This document shows, in pieces, positions 10,815 through 22,328 of a stretch of DNA of 64,000 nucleotides (the stretch's first letter is position 1; the number at the start of each line of letters is the position of its first letter). The notes beneath the pieces are model-generated. The model saw only the letters and a program-made list of their open reading frames with translations, made no database searches and was not told where the DNA came from. Location: contig CAWJRJ010000016.1 of NCBI GenBank assembly GCA_963845245.1, forward strand, positions 1 to 64,000. The letters run 5' to 3'. Source of the stretch: Nitrospirota bacterium. Lineage in GTDB: Bacteria > Nitrospirota > JACRHJ01. Both the position numbers and the translations under genes were made by a program.

Positions 10815-11044
10815 GGATTTTCAGTATAAAAAATTTTAATAAGACCCAAAGAAAATCAACATTATCCATCTTGAAAAGCCTCTTATGAAAAAGAAGGAAT
10901 ACATGGTTTTACCTAAGCTAAAGCTGTGGTTTGTAGTTAAATATATTTAATAATGGCCGTTGGTCATGTTTTTTGTGAGCCTCAACTGTGACCAAAAGCG
11001 TGTGTCTTCTTTAGACTTCTCAAATATTTACAATTAAAAACCTG

Positions 11045-11073
11045 TTGCCATGATATTTCAAAGATGCTATAAT
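11045..11073 (+). promoter_or_regulatory. Putative sigma70 promoter of the chemosensory operon
   Basis: TTGCCA-N17-TATAAT with extended -10 TG, ~32 nt before ATG 11106. Confidence 0.7.
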
Positions 11074-11105
11074 CCCGCAACTCTAAAACTGTCCCGGAGA
11101 AGGCC

Positions 11106-12311
11106 ATGAGTCTGGTTGGACGACTGGAAGACCTTGCGCTTTCAGACATCTTTCAAATAATAAGTCTGAGCAAGAAAACAGGTACCCTGGTCCTAAAGAG
11201 CAAGGCGGGCGCGGCCGTCGTTGTTTTCAAGGATGGCCAGGTGATCCAGGCGGCCACGGACAACCTGCGCGACACCTTGGGGAATATCCTTATTTCCAAA
11301 GGGCTTATAAACGAGCAGGACCTGGGGCGGGCACTTGAACTTCAGAAGAAGGTAAAGGGCGGCAAACGGCTCGGGCAGATACTGGTCGAAATGGACGCCC
11401 TCCGGCACGATGACCTCGAGGGGGCCATCAGGGAGCAGATAGAGAACATGATTTACTCCCTGCTTTCCTGGGAGGACGGTTTCTTCAACTTCGAGCTGGG
11501 CGACGTAGGGACAAGCGACAAGATAGAGGTAATAACCCAGGAGTTCCTCCTGAAGGCCGGTATAAACCCTGAGTACCTGCTCATGGAGAGCGCCAGGGTG
11601 ATGGACGAGCGGAAGCGGGACAGCAAGACCCCACCGCCCCCACCGCCCCCCAAGGAACCGGAGAAACAGGCGGCGGTCTCGGAATTCTCTGAGATGCTCC
11701 GGGACGAGGGAATCGCCCCTCAGCAGAGGGTGTCCGGAGAAGAGCGCGCCGTCCTTGAGCGCTCGCGCGAGATAAACACGCTCAAGGCGATGTTCGAGGA
11801 GCTGAGGTTCCCGTCGGCCACGGCCGAGATAACCTTGCTCGTCCTTCGTTATGCGAGCGAGATAGTCAACCGCGCGGTGCTCTTCATGGTAACAAAGGAA
11901 GAGGTGCGGGGCCTGGGCCAGTTCGGTATAGAGCTGACGGACGGCTCGGCCGACCAGAAGGTCAGGAAGATAAAGCTTCCCGTGTCCGAGACCACTATAT
12001 TCTCGGACGTGATAAAAGAAAAAAGGAGCAAGATAGGTACTTTTACGGAGAATGCCTGGGATGCGTATCTTGTCAGGGAGATGGGCGGTGTCGAGCCCCA
12101 GGAGTTTTTCCTCATCCCCTTGATAAGCAACGGCAAGGTGGCCGCAATACTTTACGGCGATACCTTGCCGGATAAAAAGGCCATCCCTGCCATATCCGGC
12201 CTTGAGATATTCGTGCACCAGGCCGGCCTGGCGATGGAGAAGGCCCTTCTTGAAAGAAGGATTATGGAACTGGAGAAACATGGCCGGAAAAATCAGGGAG
12301 GGACGGATTGA
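11106..12311 (+). CDS. DUF4388 domain protein with C-terminal GAF-like domain
   Basis: MSLVGRLEDLALSDIFQIISLSKKTGTL...LLSWEDGFFNFE...LLMESARVMDE; poly-Pro linker; GAF-like end LIPLISNGKVAAILYGD. Confidence 0.8.
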   Translation: MSLVGRLEDLALSDIFQIISLSKKTGTLVLKSKAGAAVVVFKDGQVIQAATDNLRDTLGNILISKGLINEQDLGRALELQKKVKGGKRLGQILVEMDALRHDDLEGAIREQIENMIYSLLSWEDGFFNFELGDVGTSDKIEVITQEFLLKAGINPEYLLMESARVMDERKRDSKTPPPPPPPKEPEKQAAVSEFSEMLRDEGIAPQQRVSGEERAVLERSREINTLKAMFEELRFPSATAEITLLVLRYASEIVNRAVLFMVTKEEVRGLGQFGIELTDGSADQKVRKIKLPVSETTIFSDVIKEKRSKIGTFTENAWDAYLVREMGGVEPQEFFLIPLISNGKVAAILYGDTLPDKKAIPAISGLEIFVHQAGLAMEKALLERRIMELEKHGRKNQGGTD

Positions 12312-12342
12312 GCACCCACCCATGCGAAGATGGGAGCTGTAA

Positions 12343-12714
12343 ATGAACAAGAACGTCCTTATAGTAGAAGACTCGCGAGCGATGAGAGGGCTTATCCGGG
12401 CCACTGTCGAGCAGATGCCCGGCTTCCTTACGCACGAGGCCGGCAGCGGTTTTGAGGCGCTCAAGGCGCTGCCAAAACACCAGTATGACCTGATCATCAC
12501 CGACATCAACATGCCGGACATCAACGGCCTTGAGTTGATCAGCTTCGTGAAGAACCACCCGCAGTACAAGGACATCCCGCTTATCGTGGTAAGCACCGAG
12601 CGGAGCGAGGAAGACCGCAAGCGCGGGATGTCCCTCGGGGCGTCAGGCTACCTCGTTAAGCCGTTCAAGGGCGACGAGCTTCAGGAACTCGTAAGGAATG
12701 TCCTGGGCGCCTGA
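12343..12714 (+). CDS. cheY: Single-domain response regulator (CheY-like)
   Basis: VLIVEDS, ITDINMP, VST, YLVKPF. Confidence 0.88.
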   Translation: MNKNVLIVEDSRAMRGLIRATVEQMPGFLTHEAGSGFEALKALPKHQYDLIITDINMPDINGLELISFVKNHPQYKDIPLIVVSTERSEEDRKRGMSLGASGYLVKPFKGDELQELVRNVLGA

Positions 12715-12749
12715 AGCCGGCTGAACCCAAGAAGTTTTATGGAGTCTCC

Positions 12750-14718
12750 GTGAAAAAAGACGAAAGGTCCAGGGGAGAGTTTTTGGCCGAGGCCGAGGAT
12801 ATCCTCGACGACCTGAACCAGCACCTCACTCAACTTGAATCAATGGTCGCGTCCGGCTCCGTTGAGCCTGACGTTGTTAATGCCCTTTTCCGCGGCGTGC
12901 ATACCCTCAAGGGCCTGTCCGGCATGTTCGGTTTCGAAGCCGTGTCGTCCCTTTCCCACCAGCTCGAAACTCTCCTCGACGCGCTACGGCTTGGCAAAGT
13001 CGATGCGACAAAGTCTGTTACTTCAGTTATCTTCACCGCCCTGGACAAACTTAAAGAGCTTTCAGAGGACATAAGCAGGAGCGGTTTCGAACGCGCCAAC
13101 TCTTCAGAAGTCCTGTCACTTATAGAGGAGGCCCTCTCGAAAGGCGGGGGCGGCGAGAGGAAGTCCCTTATCGACGAACTCGACATGGACCCCTCAATCA
13201 TAAACGTGCTCACGGAGTACGAGGAGCACCGCCTCAAGGAAAATATCAAGAACAAGAACACCATAATAATGGTGAAGGCCTGTTTTGACTTGATGACCTT
13301 CGACAAGGAACTCACTGCGCTAAACGACAAGCTCAAGGCCGTAGGCGAGATAATAAGCACCCTGCCCTCTTCAGGTATGGGCCTGGACGAGGGGATTGAG
13401 TTCAACCTTCTGGTCGGTACGAAGGAGCCTCCGGAAAGGGCACTGGAGGCGGTATCAGGCCCCGGCCGTGACGTCACCCTGATCAAATACAAAGAGGAAC
13501 AGAAGAAGGTCGAGGCGGTCCAGGCCTCGGTCAGGAGCATGTCGAAGACCGTAAGGGTCGACATCGACAGGCTGGACAGCCTCATGAACATAGTCGGCGA
13601 ACTGGTCCTGAGCAAGAACACTATCGCCCAGCTGAGCAAAAACCTGCGTGGAATGCAGGGCTTCACCGGCCTTGCGGTCGACCTCTACAAGGCCAGCCGC
13701 GCGCTTGAGCGTAAGCTGAGCGAGCTGCAGGAGGGCGTCATCGAGGTCAGGATGGTGCCGATAGGCCAGATATTCACCCGCCTGACCCAGGCCGTGAGGA
13801 AGTACGCCGGGGACGCGGGCAAGGACATCGTGATGGAGACCTTCGGCGAGGACACCGAGCTGGACAAGCTGATGGTCGAGGACATGTCCGACCCCCTGAT
13901 GCACATGATAAGGAACGCCATAGACCACGGTATCGAACCTGCCGACGAGAGGTTAAGGCGCGGCAAATCGCCCAAGGGCTACATCAGGCTGGACGCCTTC
14001 CCCAAGGGCAACAGGGTCGCGATAACAGTCGAGGACGACGGCGGGGGCATAGACCACGAGAAGGTGCGGAGGCGCGCGGTAGAGAGGGGTCTGCTGGAAG
14101 AGTCTGCCACGCTGACCAAGCGTGAGATGCTCGATATCATCTTCCTGCCCGGCTTTTCCACAAAGGACGAGGTCAGCGAGGTCTCGGGCCGCGGTGTCGG
14201 GATGGACGTGGTCAAGAAAAACGTCTCGAAGCTCTCAGGCCTTATAGACATCGAAACTGACCATAGGGAAGGGCACTAAATTTACGATCACCCTGCCTAT
14301 CACGCTTGCGATAATCAAGGCGCTTATAGTCGAGGTCTCGACCGAGACCTATGCGGTCCCGCTCTCATCCGTGCTTGAGTCGCTCATGATAACCCGCGAG
14401 AAGATAAAGACGGTCGAGAAGCGGGAGGTCATATCGCTTCGGGGCGAGACCCTGCCGCTATTGTGGCTTGACCGCGTCTTCGGACTTCCCAAACAGGACG
14501 AGGCTGAGCACATCTTCGTGGTCGTCGTGGGGATTGCCGAGCGCAGGCTCGGCTTCGTGGTTGACCGGCTGGTGGGCCAGCACGAGATAGTGATAAAGAA
14601 TATCGGAGAAAAGCTGAAGAGCACGCCGGGCATAGCGGGCGCCACAGAGCTTGGCGACAACGACGTGGTCCTTGTCCTGGACGTGGAGTCGCTCATAGAC
14701 GAGGCGACCAGAAGATAG
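12750..14718 (+). CDS. cheA: Chemotaxis histidine kinase CheA (frameshift ~14257)
   Basis: HPt FRGVHTLKG, VRVDIDRLDSLMNIVGELV, HMIRNAIDHGIE, SGRGVGMDVV; continues GKGTKFTITLPITLAII into the CheW domain in the next frame. Confidence 0.93.
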
Positions 14719-14738
14719 CGGAAGGAGGTTAGGGTATT

Positions 14739-15550
14739 ATGTACGAAGAATTCTACGGACTTAACAAAAAAATGTTTCTCCAAGACCCCGGACCCCTCGT
14801 TCCTGTACAGGAGCAAGGCGCACGCGGAGGCGCTCGTGAGGCTCCAGTACGCGGTCGAGGAGCGCGACATCGTCCTCCTCACCGGCGACATAGGCTCCGG
14901 CAAGACGACCCTTTCGAGGGCGCTCATCGATTCGCTCGGGGCTGAATACAAGCCGATCCTGATAATAAACCCGAGGCTCTCGCCCGCCCAGCTTTTGCGT
15001 ACGCTTGCCGGCAGGCTTGGGGTGGAAAAACCGAAACATTTCAAATCCGACCTCATCGAGCAGATAAACTCCAGACTTTATGAAATGTACGAACAGGGCG
15101 TCTGCCCGGTCGTGATAATCGACGAGGCGCAGCTGATACCGGGCAAGGACACGTTCGAGGAGATAAGGCTGTTGACCAACTACCAGTTGGACCATACCAA
15201 CCTCATGTCCCTTGTCCTTATAGGACAGACCGAGCTTAAGGCCAGGTTGAAACATCCGGCGTACGAGGCCCTGAGACAGAGGATAGGGATGGCGTTCCAC
15301 CTTTCACCGCTGGGGCTAGAAGAAACAGGCGAATATATAAAACACCGGTTAAAGGTAGGCGGGCGCGATACACTGCTGTTCTCAGCAGGAAGCGGTGGAG
15401 GCCCTGTACAGGCATTCAAAAGGAGTGCCGCGAGTTATAAACACTATTGCGACAGGCGCGCTTTTAAACGGGCTTGGCGCGGGGGCTGAATCAATAGACG
15501 GCGCCGCGGTCGAAGATTTCGTCAGCGACTTAGACCTTGCGGGGATTTAG
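14739..15550 (+). CDS. ExeA/GspA-like AAA ATPase (frameshifts ~14770 and ~15390-15460)
   Basis: MYEEFYGL..FSKTPDPSFLY, Walker A GDIGSGKT, Walker B VIIDEAQ, LVLIGQTEL. Confidence 0.85.
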
Positions 15551-15559
15551 GGAACATAT

Positions 15560-16361
15560 ATGGACCTCCTTGAGATAAGAAAAAAGGCCAAGGAAAAAGA
15601 GGGCAAAGACGCGGGCCAGCCATCGCCTGAAGCCGCCTGTGGCCGCACCGGCTGTAGAGATCAGCCGGAGGTCCCGGTCGAGTCAGCGGCAAAGAAAGAA
15701 AAAAAGCAAAGGCGCAAAAGACAAGCGGTCAAGAAGGCCGCTGTACCTGCCGCAAAACCTGAAGGACCAGAGCCTGCGTCCGCCGTAGACCATGGCGGAA
15801 GAGGAGGAAGCTTCCGCAGAGGAGTTCGCCGGGGTTCCGATGACCTCTCCCTGCCCCACCGGAAAAGACGGTGGTTGCGCCTGCACCTGCCGAAATCACG
15901 GCTGAGGTTCCAGGTGGGGATGACCAGGTCATAGAATACCTCGCATTTATGCTGGCAAGCGAGGAGTACGCCGTAAAGGTCGAAGACGTAAAGGAGATAA
16001 TAAGGGGCCAGAGCATAACCGCCGGTCCCCAGGACGCCCGAGTTTCGTATTGGGGATCATCTCGCTGAGAGGTGTCATCCTGCCTGTTTTCGACATCAAA
16101 AAACGGCTGAGCCTCGAAGGAGGCGGCAGCAGGAAGACTTCTAGGATCATAGTTGTTGCAGACAAGTTCGGCCTGCAGGGCATCGTGGTGGACAAGGTAA
16201 CCGGAGTGGTTAAGCTAAAGCAAAGCGCAATCGAGCCGCCGCCAGCGGTCATAGGCGGAGTCGAGGCCGAATACCTCCATGGACTCGGCAGGATAGGCGA
16301 CAGGCTTTTGATACTCTTCAACACTGACAAGGTCCTAACGGTGGGTGAAAATGCACATTAG
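15560..16361 (+). CDS. cheW: CheW with long charged/Pro-Ala-rich N-terminal extension (several frameshifts)
   Basis: Pieces [11 protein letters not shown]..., [37 protein letters not shown]...[11 protein letters not shown]. Confidence 0.78.
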
Positions 16362-19233
16362 CCGTATGCAGACGAAGATAGTGGCGATAGTGGTAGCGGC
16401 TCTGGTCGTCGGCTTTGGTCTTCTGGTCTACAACAGCATGAAGAAGGAGACCAGAGACCTTATAGAGGCCAACCTCTCCAAGACCGACCTGCTCTCCTCC
16501 TCCATTATAACCAGCATGGAGAGCACCATGATGGGCGGGACCGCGGAGTCTCTCCAAGGTATGGTAGCAGACCAGAGGAAGATTGCCGGTGTTAAGGAGA
16601 TAAGGGTGTTCGGCAAGGAAGGCGCTGAGGTCTTTCCCGACCCTGAGTACAAGCCCGTGGACGAATATTCGGCAGGTGCCGTGAAAGAGACCCTGTCATC
16701 CGGCACTGCCCGCAAGACCGAGACGGCCTCGGTACTCACACTTTACAAACCGCTCTTATCTGAGCAGCGCTGTAAGGGCTGCCACACCGAAGGCGAAAAA
16801 GTGCTTGGCGTCGTCGCGGTATCTGTGCCGCTTGAAGGAGTCTACAAGGAGATAAGCAATAACCGTTTCTGGGGCGTACTGAACGCATTCGTCGCGATAA
16901 CGCTCGTGGCGCTCGTGCTCGCCTTGTGGCTTAAGAGGGTAGTCCTCACCCCGGTGGAAAAAGCGGTAAAGGTCATGTCCCGTATGGAGGATGAAAAAGA
17001 CCTGACATCGAGGATGGAGGCAAGGACCTATGATGAGATCGGGCGTCTGGGCAAGGCGTTCAACGCTTTTATCGACAGCGTCCAGAACATGGTCCAGCAG
17101 ATCAACCGTGGCAGCTACCAGGTGAGCTCAGCCTCGACCAGGATCGCGGTCAACTCCAGCAGGGTATTGGAGGGTGCGCAGATACAGGCCCGGTCGGTGG
17201 AGTCAACATCCGGCGCGATAGAGCAGATAAACGCCTCCATAAAGGAGATTGCGGGCTCAGCGAACATCCTTTATAAATCGGCCGAGATGACCTCCTCCTC
17301 GATTATCGAGATGACGGCATCCATCGATGAGATTGCGGGGAGTGTATCGGTGCTGTCATCTTCGGTTGATTCGACGGTCTCGTCCATAAGCCAGATCGGA
17401 GCTTCCATAAAAGAAGTATCCGGGACGGTAGGGATCCTCTCGGATGCGGTCAAGACGGGCGTCGATACGATGGCCAGGATCAGCGGCCTGATAGAGAAGG
17501 TAGAGGTCGCCGCCAAAGATTCCTCAAAGCTGACGGAGACTGTCACGGGTGACGCGATGAACCTCGGGGACGGCGCGATGTCCAGGGCCATAGATGGCAT
17601 GCAGAAGATAAGCGACTCGGTCGAGCGCTCGGGCGAGGTTATAAACCGCCTGGGTGCCCGCTCAAAGCAGATCGGCGAGATACTGGACATTATCGATGAG
17701 GTCGCGGACCAGACCGAGCTCCTGTCGCTCAACGCGGCAATCCTGGCCTCGCAGGCGGGTGAGCACGGCAAGGGGTTTGCGGTTGTCGCCGATGAGATAA
17801 AGGACCTGGCCGAAAGGACGGCATCCTCTACAAACGAGATATCCAAGCTCATAGCCACCGTGCAGGCCGAGGCTGCCGAGGCCGTAGAAGCAATGGAGGC
17901 CGGGAAACTTGCGGTCCGGGAAGGTAAGGCCGTCGTCCACGAGGCGAAAGAAGTCCTTGAGGGTATAGTTGCGTCGTCGATCAAATCGAGCGAGATGTCG
18001 AAGGTCATAGAGCAGTCCACAGCCAAGCAGTCTGCGGGGGCGTCGAAGGTCGAGGAGTCGATGCTCAATATCCGCGACATGGTAGACCTTATACAAAAGG
18101 CGACCCGCGAACTGACGGATGGCAGCGAGCAGATACTTCGCGAGGCCTATAAGGTGAGGGATGTCTCAGACCAGGTGAAGATATCCACGGACGAACAGTC
18201 CAAGGGCAGCGAGATGATAATAAAAGCGGTCGAGGACGTCAATTACCAGGCCAGGCAAATCGCCTCCGCCACCGCCGAGCATCAGGAGGGCAGCGAGGAC
18301 ATAGGCAAGTCTATCGAGCGGATAATGGACGTGGCCAGGGAGAACGAAAACCTTGCCGAGGAGATGAACCTGGCCGTCGAAGACCTGGCAATGCATACGG
18401 AGAAACTTAAAGAAAGGGCCAGCTCATTCAGGGTCGAGGCTTTGGGTACGGAGATGATAAAGCTCGGCATCGTGCCGCTTGAGAGCCCGGCCCAGATGTA
18501 CAAGAAGTTTTATCCGCTGGCGGAATACCTCTCACAAAAGACCGGTCGTGAGGTCGTCTTCAAGCTCACATCCTCCTTTACGGATGCGGTCAAGGACCTC
18601 GGGACGGGCCTGGCGGACATATGCTACATGACGCCCTCTACATACATCGAGGCGAACGATAAATACGGCGTGACCCTGCTTGCGAAGGCGGTAAGGAAGG
18701 GGCTGCCCTACTCTCACACCATCATAGTCGCAAGGGCCGACAGCCCCTTGAACATCCTTGAAGACCTTAAGGGCAGGTCTTTCGCGTTCGGCGACAGGAT
18801 GTCGACGTCCAGTTACCTGGTCCCCCGCTACATGCTTGAAAAGGCAGGCGTAAGGCTTTCCGACCTCTCAGAGTACCGGTTCCTTGGCCACCACGACGAC
18901 GTGGCAAAGGCTGTGCTCCTTGGCGAGGTGGATGCGGGCGGGCTCAGGGAGACGACCGCTTTCCAGTACAAGGACAAAGGACTGAAGTTCCTTAAGGTCT
19001 CTGAGAATATCCCTGAGTTCAATATTTGCGCCAGGCCGGGGCTGGACCCGGACCTCATGGCAGTTATCAAAGAGGCACTCGTGGAGCTGGACGCCAAGTC
19101 GGCCGGCGGTGCCGAGATAATATGTTCTATCGACAGAGACTATACAGGGTTCATGGAGGCGCGTGATTCGGATTACGCGGCCGTCCGGGAAATGGTTAAA
19201 AGGACTATGGCTGATGAAAAGGAGGCAATATAA
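16345..19233 (+). CDS. Methyl-accepting chemotaxis protein: periplasmic c-heme sensor, HAMP, extended signalling domain, C-terminal PhnD-like binding domain
   Basis: Two TMs flanking [52 protein letters not shown]-terminal GIVPLESP...[15 protein letters not shown]...[10 protein letters not shown]. Confidence 0.92.
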   Translation: MKMHISRMQTKIVAIVVAALVVGFGLLVYNSMKKETRDLIEANLSKTDLLSSSIITSMESTMMGGTAESLQGMVADQRKIAGVKEIRVFGKEGAEVFPDPEYKPVDEYSAGAVKETLSSGTARKTETASVLTLYKPLLSEQRCKGCHTEGEKVLGVVAVSVPLEGVYKEISNNRFWGVLNAFVAITLVALVLALWLKRVVLTPVEKAVKVMSRMEDEKDLTSRMEARTYDEIGRLGKAFNAFIDSVQNMVQQINRGSYQVSSASTRIAVNSSRVLEGAQIQARSVESTSGAIEQINASIKEIAGSANILYKSAEMTSSSIIEMTASIDEIAGSVSVLSSSVDSTVSSISQIGASIKEVSGTVGILSDAVKTGVDTMARISGLIEKVEVAAKDSSKLTETVTGDAMNLGDGAMSRAIDGMQKISDSVERSGEVINRLGARSKQIGEILDIIDEVADQTELLSLNAAILASQAGEHGKGFAVVADEIKDLAERTASSTNEISKLIATVQAEAAEAVEAMEAGKLAVREGKAVVHEAKEVLEGIVASSIKSSEMSKVIEQSTAKQSAGASKVEESMLNIRDMVDLIQKATRELTDGSEQILREAYKVRDVSDQVKISTDEQSKGSEMIIKAVEDVNYQARQIASATAEHQEGSEDIGKSIERIMDVARENENLAEEMNLAVEDLAMHTEKLKERASSFRVEALGTEMIKLGIVPLESPAQMYKKFYPLAEYLSQKTGREVVFKLTSSFTDAVKDLGTGLADICYMTPSTYIEANDKYGVTLLAKAVRKGLPYSHTIIVARADSPLNILEDLKGRSFAFGDRMSTSSYLVPRYMLEKAGVRLSDLSEYRFLGHHDDVAKAVLLGEVDAGGLRETTAFQYKDKGLKFLKVSENIPEFNICARPGLDPDLMAVIKEALVELDAKSAGGAEIICSIDRDYTGFMEARDSDYAAVREMVKRTMADEKEAI

Positions 19234-20240
19234 TGGTTAGAGGGAGGATCGGGCCCAAAGCATTAATAGGTTTTATAATGGTAGTGTCCTTGACAGTTTT
19301 AGCGGGGTGTTCGGCAATGATGTCCTCAAAGCCGATAATGCCGGTGAAGGAGTACGAAAAACTCATAGTCGGCCGTTTGGACGCGGATTACGTCGGCGAC
19401 CAGGCATGTCTGTCCAAATGCCACGAACATGACCAATATAAGAAATACTTTGATGCCTCGACGATGGGCGCACAGCTCTCGCCTGAGTCCGGGCTCCCGC
19501 TGGTCAACTGTGAGTCCTGCCACGGACCGGGAAGCCTGGCGATTGCCGGCATTAAGACAGTCGACGGAAAGCCGACCTGCGACTTCAGCACGTTCATCGA
19601 CCTGAAGAACCTGCCCAAGGAGGCCCAGTCCCTCATCTGTCTCAAATGCCATACCGCGAACGCGACGTTCAACCTGCATAACTGGAACGCCGGGACGCAC
19701 AACTTGTCCGGGGTATCCTGTTTCGACTGCCATAACGTCCACCAAGGCGCGGACCTAAAGGTCCACCCGAAGGACGTTGCTGGTCTTTGTTACCGCTGCC
19801 ACCCGTATACCAAGGCCGAGTTCGCCCTGCCGACTCACCATGCGGTACCTGAAGGCAGGATATCGTGCCTTGACTGCCACGACCCGCATGGTTCACCTAA
19901 TGAGAAGCAGCTCAAGGAGTCCACGACCAAGGAACTCTGCACCAACTGCCACGCCGAAAAGGAAGGGCCGTTTGCATTCGAGCATGCGGACGTGACCGAC
20001 GACTGCCGCAACTGCCATGTCCCGCATGGGTCGGCGAACAACAACCTCCTTACCGCGCGTGTACCTTACCTCTGCCTGCAGTGCCACATGCATCATTCCA
20101 TCGGGCAGGAAGTGGGAGGTGGCAATAGTAATACGACCGTAGCTAAACCGAGATATTTTACGAATTGTACCGACTGTCATTCCCAGATACATGGGACGGA
20201 TTTACCGGGGAACCATGTGCCCGGATCATTAATCAGGTAG
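19233..20240 (+). CDS. Decaheme c-type cytochrome lipoprotein, MtrA/DmsE/PioA/MtoA family
   Basis: Nine CxxCH plus one CxxxCH (CLSKCH); lipobox LAGC; family-type CxxCHxPHGS, EKEGPFAFEH, CTDCHSQIHG. Confidence 0.9.
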   Translation: MVRGRIGPKALIGFIMVVSLTVLAGCSAMMSSKPIMPVKEYEKLIVGRLDADYVGDQACLSKCHEHDQYKKYFDASTMGAQLSPESGLPLVNCESCHGPGSLAIAGIKTVDGKPTCDFSTFIDLKNLPKEAQSLICLKCHTANATFNLHNWNAGTHNLSGVSCFDCHNVHQGADLKVHPKDVAGLCYRCHPYTKAEFALPTHHAVPEGRISCLDCHDPHGSPNEKQLKESTTKELCTNCHAEKEGPFAFEHADVTDDCRNCHVPHGSANNNLLTARVPYLCLQCHMHHSIGQEVGGGNSNTTVAKPRYFTNCTDCHSQIHGTDLPGNHVPGSLIR

Positions 20241-20269
20241 AACCTTTTGAAAAATATATATGGAGGCAT

Positions 20270-22288
20270 ATGATGAAAAGGATTGCGCTCTACTTGTTTA
20301 TGATTGTGGCCCTGGTAGGTATTTCTCCCGGGGCATGGGGGCAGGAAGGCGATCCGGCCGGCACGGCCGTCGATACGTCCGCCGATACAGCCGTTGAAGC
20401 GGCAGATGAGGGCGTGGTGGATGAAGGCATCGCCGAACCGCCGCCTATAATGAAATATGACTTGAAACCCGAATTCTATACCTGGTTGGGCGGCAGGTTC
20501 GTATCAGTTGACGGCTCAAGAAGGGCCTTGGAATACGGCTGGCCGTACTCAAGCCCCACTGGAGGGCTCAAGCTCCACTACAGCCCGCTGCCGCACCGTA
20601 TGGACTCGGAGTTGGACTGGAATAATCCTTATGATTTTATGGCCGACCTTGCGTATTCCTATAAAGATGTGTTCAAGCTGGCCTACCAGGGGACAGGACT
20701 CTGGCATAACCTGGACCACTTTAAGCCGCAGCCGGATTCCATAGCAGATGACAGGAATCCGAAGGCCGACTACCATGTCTCCGTCAGGGACGACAAGGTT
20801 TTCGTCAGGCTGAAGCTTCCGGAGAGGCCGTACCACGTATTTGCAGAATACCGCCAGTTTGAGAAAGATGGCACCATCCAGCAGAGGTTCTATAACGGAC
20901 TCAAAAAAACAGCCGAATCCCGTAATATAGACTGGCTGACCAGGCGTCTGACTGCGGGTATAAACGGCCATTTCGGCCCAGTAGAGCTTGAGTACAGCCA
21001 CAGGATAAAGACCTTTGAGCCGCACAAGGACGTGGCGCTGGGGCCGGAACCTTATACTACAACTGATGCAGGTGCTACCAATACCTATCCGGCACACCAC
21101 AACGTTGTTCCGGAGACTGAACAACATACCGATACGCTGAAAATCCACACAGACCTGACAGGCAGGGTCGTGGCTTCAGCTACCCTCACCAATGGCAGGA
21201 AGGAGAATGAGACCTCCGGCGCCACGGCGGACTACAGGAGGGCATTCGGTGACCTTACGATCATTCCGTTCGAACACGTAACCGTTGCCGTCCGGTACAG
21301 GTACAATGAAATGGTGGAGAAAGTGCCGAACATCGTCGGGCATGACTTCAACCCCTATGTGGTTCCAGAAAATTTTACGAAGGACCCGTTGAACAACAGG
21401 ACGAACAGGGCCGAAGTCGCGGTGCGCTATGTGCCAACTAGCGCAATTGCGGTAAAGCTCGAATACGACTTCCTGAACACAAAGCGGTACAATGTCAAGC
21501 AATGGAGCGAACCGGGGGTATTGGAGTTCCAGACCATACCCACGGACCAGAACGAACATACAGTGAAGCTTTCGACCCAGCTAAAGCCGCTTAAGGGCAT
21601 GATGTTCAGAGGTACGGTCGGATACACGTACAATCAGGACCCGGAACTCCCGAATAAGCCACAGGACGCCTTCAACGGCAGGTTCGATACCGAGTATATT
21701 GTCCGTCCAGACCTCAATCTGGACGCGCACTACAGGTTCGCAAGGGAAACCAACAATACTGCAAACATGAATCTGGAGAGGGACAACCCGGGTATTTCGG
21801 CAGTATGGACTCCGGTTGAAAGGTTGGCTGTTACGGGTGGGTACGACTATTTCAGGTATATGAACGAGAGGGATATGCGGTTCATCGCAGGGTCCGGGAC
21901 TACTTCCGTCACCTTCCCGGTTCAGCGCGTGCCATATGAGGACTCCACGCATATTTATTATATCAGCACGGGTTACCAGTTCGCTTTCGCGCTTGCTCTG
22001 GATGCCGAATACCATCAGAGCTGGTCCAAAGGCAGGTTCAGGACCAGCATTCAGGGAAGTGATGGTGCGCTAGGCGTAGTCTCTACATCCGGTATCGGTG
22101 AACTCACCGACATGAAGATAAGGGAGACGGGTGGCAGCGTCAGCGCTAAATATGACCTGAGTAAGGGATGGGGTACGTCTCTTACATATACTATAAACGA
22201 CTACCAGGACCTGCAGGACAAACCACAAAACGGGCCCCAAGACGGGACCGCGCACACTGTGATGTTGATTGTGAGCAAAAAATGGTAG
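20270..22288 (+). CDS. Outer-membrane beta-barrel, MtrB/PioB-like porin
   Basis: GGAGG RBS before ATG 20270/20273, signal peptide, ~670 aa of alternating beta-strand pattern, C-terminal aromatic (LIVSKKW), directly after the decaheme gene. Confidence 0.78.
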   Translation: MMKRIALYLFMIVALVGISPGAWGQEGDPAGTAVDTSADTAVEAADEGVVDEGIAEPPPIMKYDLKPEFYTWLGGRFVSVDGSRRALEYGWPYSSPTGGLKLHYSPLPHRMDSELDWNNPYDFMADLAYSYKDVFKLAYQGTGLWHNLDHFKPQPDSIADDRNPKADYHVSVRDDKVFVRLKLPERPYHVFAEYRQFEKDGTIQQRFYNGLKKTAESRNIDWLTRRLTAGINGHFGPVELEYSHRIKTFEPHKDVALGPEPYTTTDAGATNTYPAHHNVVPETEQHTDTLKIHTDLTGRVVASATLTNGRKENETSGATADYRRAFGDLTIIPFEHVTVAVRYRYNEMVEKVPNIVGHDFNPYVVPENFTKDPLNNRTNRAEVAVRYVPTSAIAVKLEYDFLNTKRYNVKQWSEPGVLEFQTIPTDQNEHTVKLSTQLKPLKGMMFRGTVGYTYNQDPELPNKPQDAFNGRFDTEYIVRPDLNLDAHYRFARETNNTANMNLERDNPGISAVWTPVERLAVTGGYDYFRYMNERDMRFIAGSGTTSVTFPVQRVPYEDSTHIYYISTGYQFAFALALDAEYHQSWSKGRFRTSIQGSDGALGVVSTSGIGELTDMKIRETGGSVSAKYDLSKGWGTSLTYTINDYQDLQDKPQNGPQDGTAHTVMLIVSKKW

Positions 22289-22328
22289 GCTATATCTCTA
22301 TTTTTTACAGTTCAGGAGGAATCATAAA

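Noticed and set aside
11193..12620. 475-aa minus-strand ORF
   Set aside because: Antisense shadow of the well-supported DUF4388 and CheY genes; no motifs
20165..20269. ORF-track N-terminal extension of the porin
   Set aside because: Overlaps the cytochrome gene; RBS and signal peptide place the start at 20270/20273
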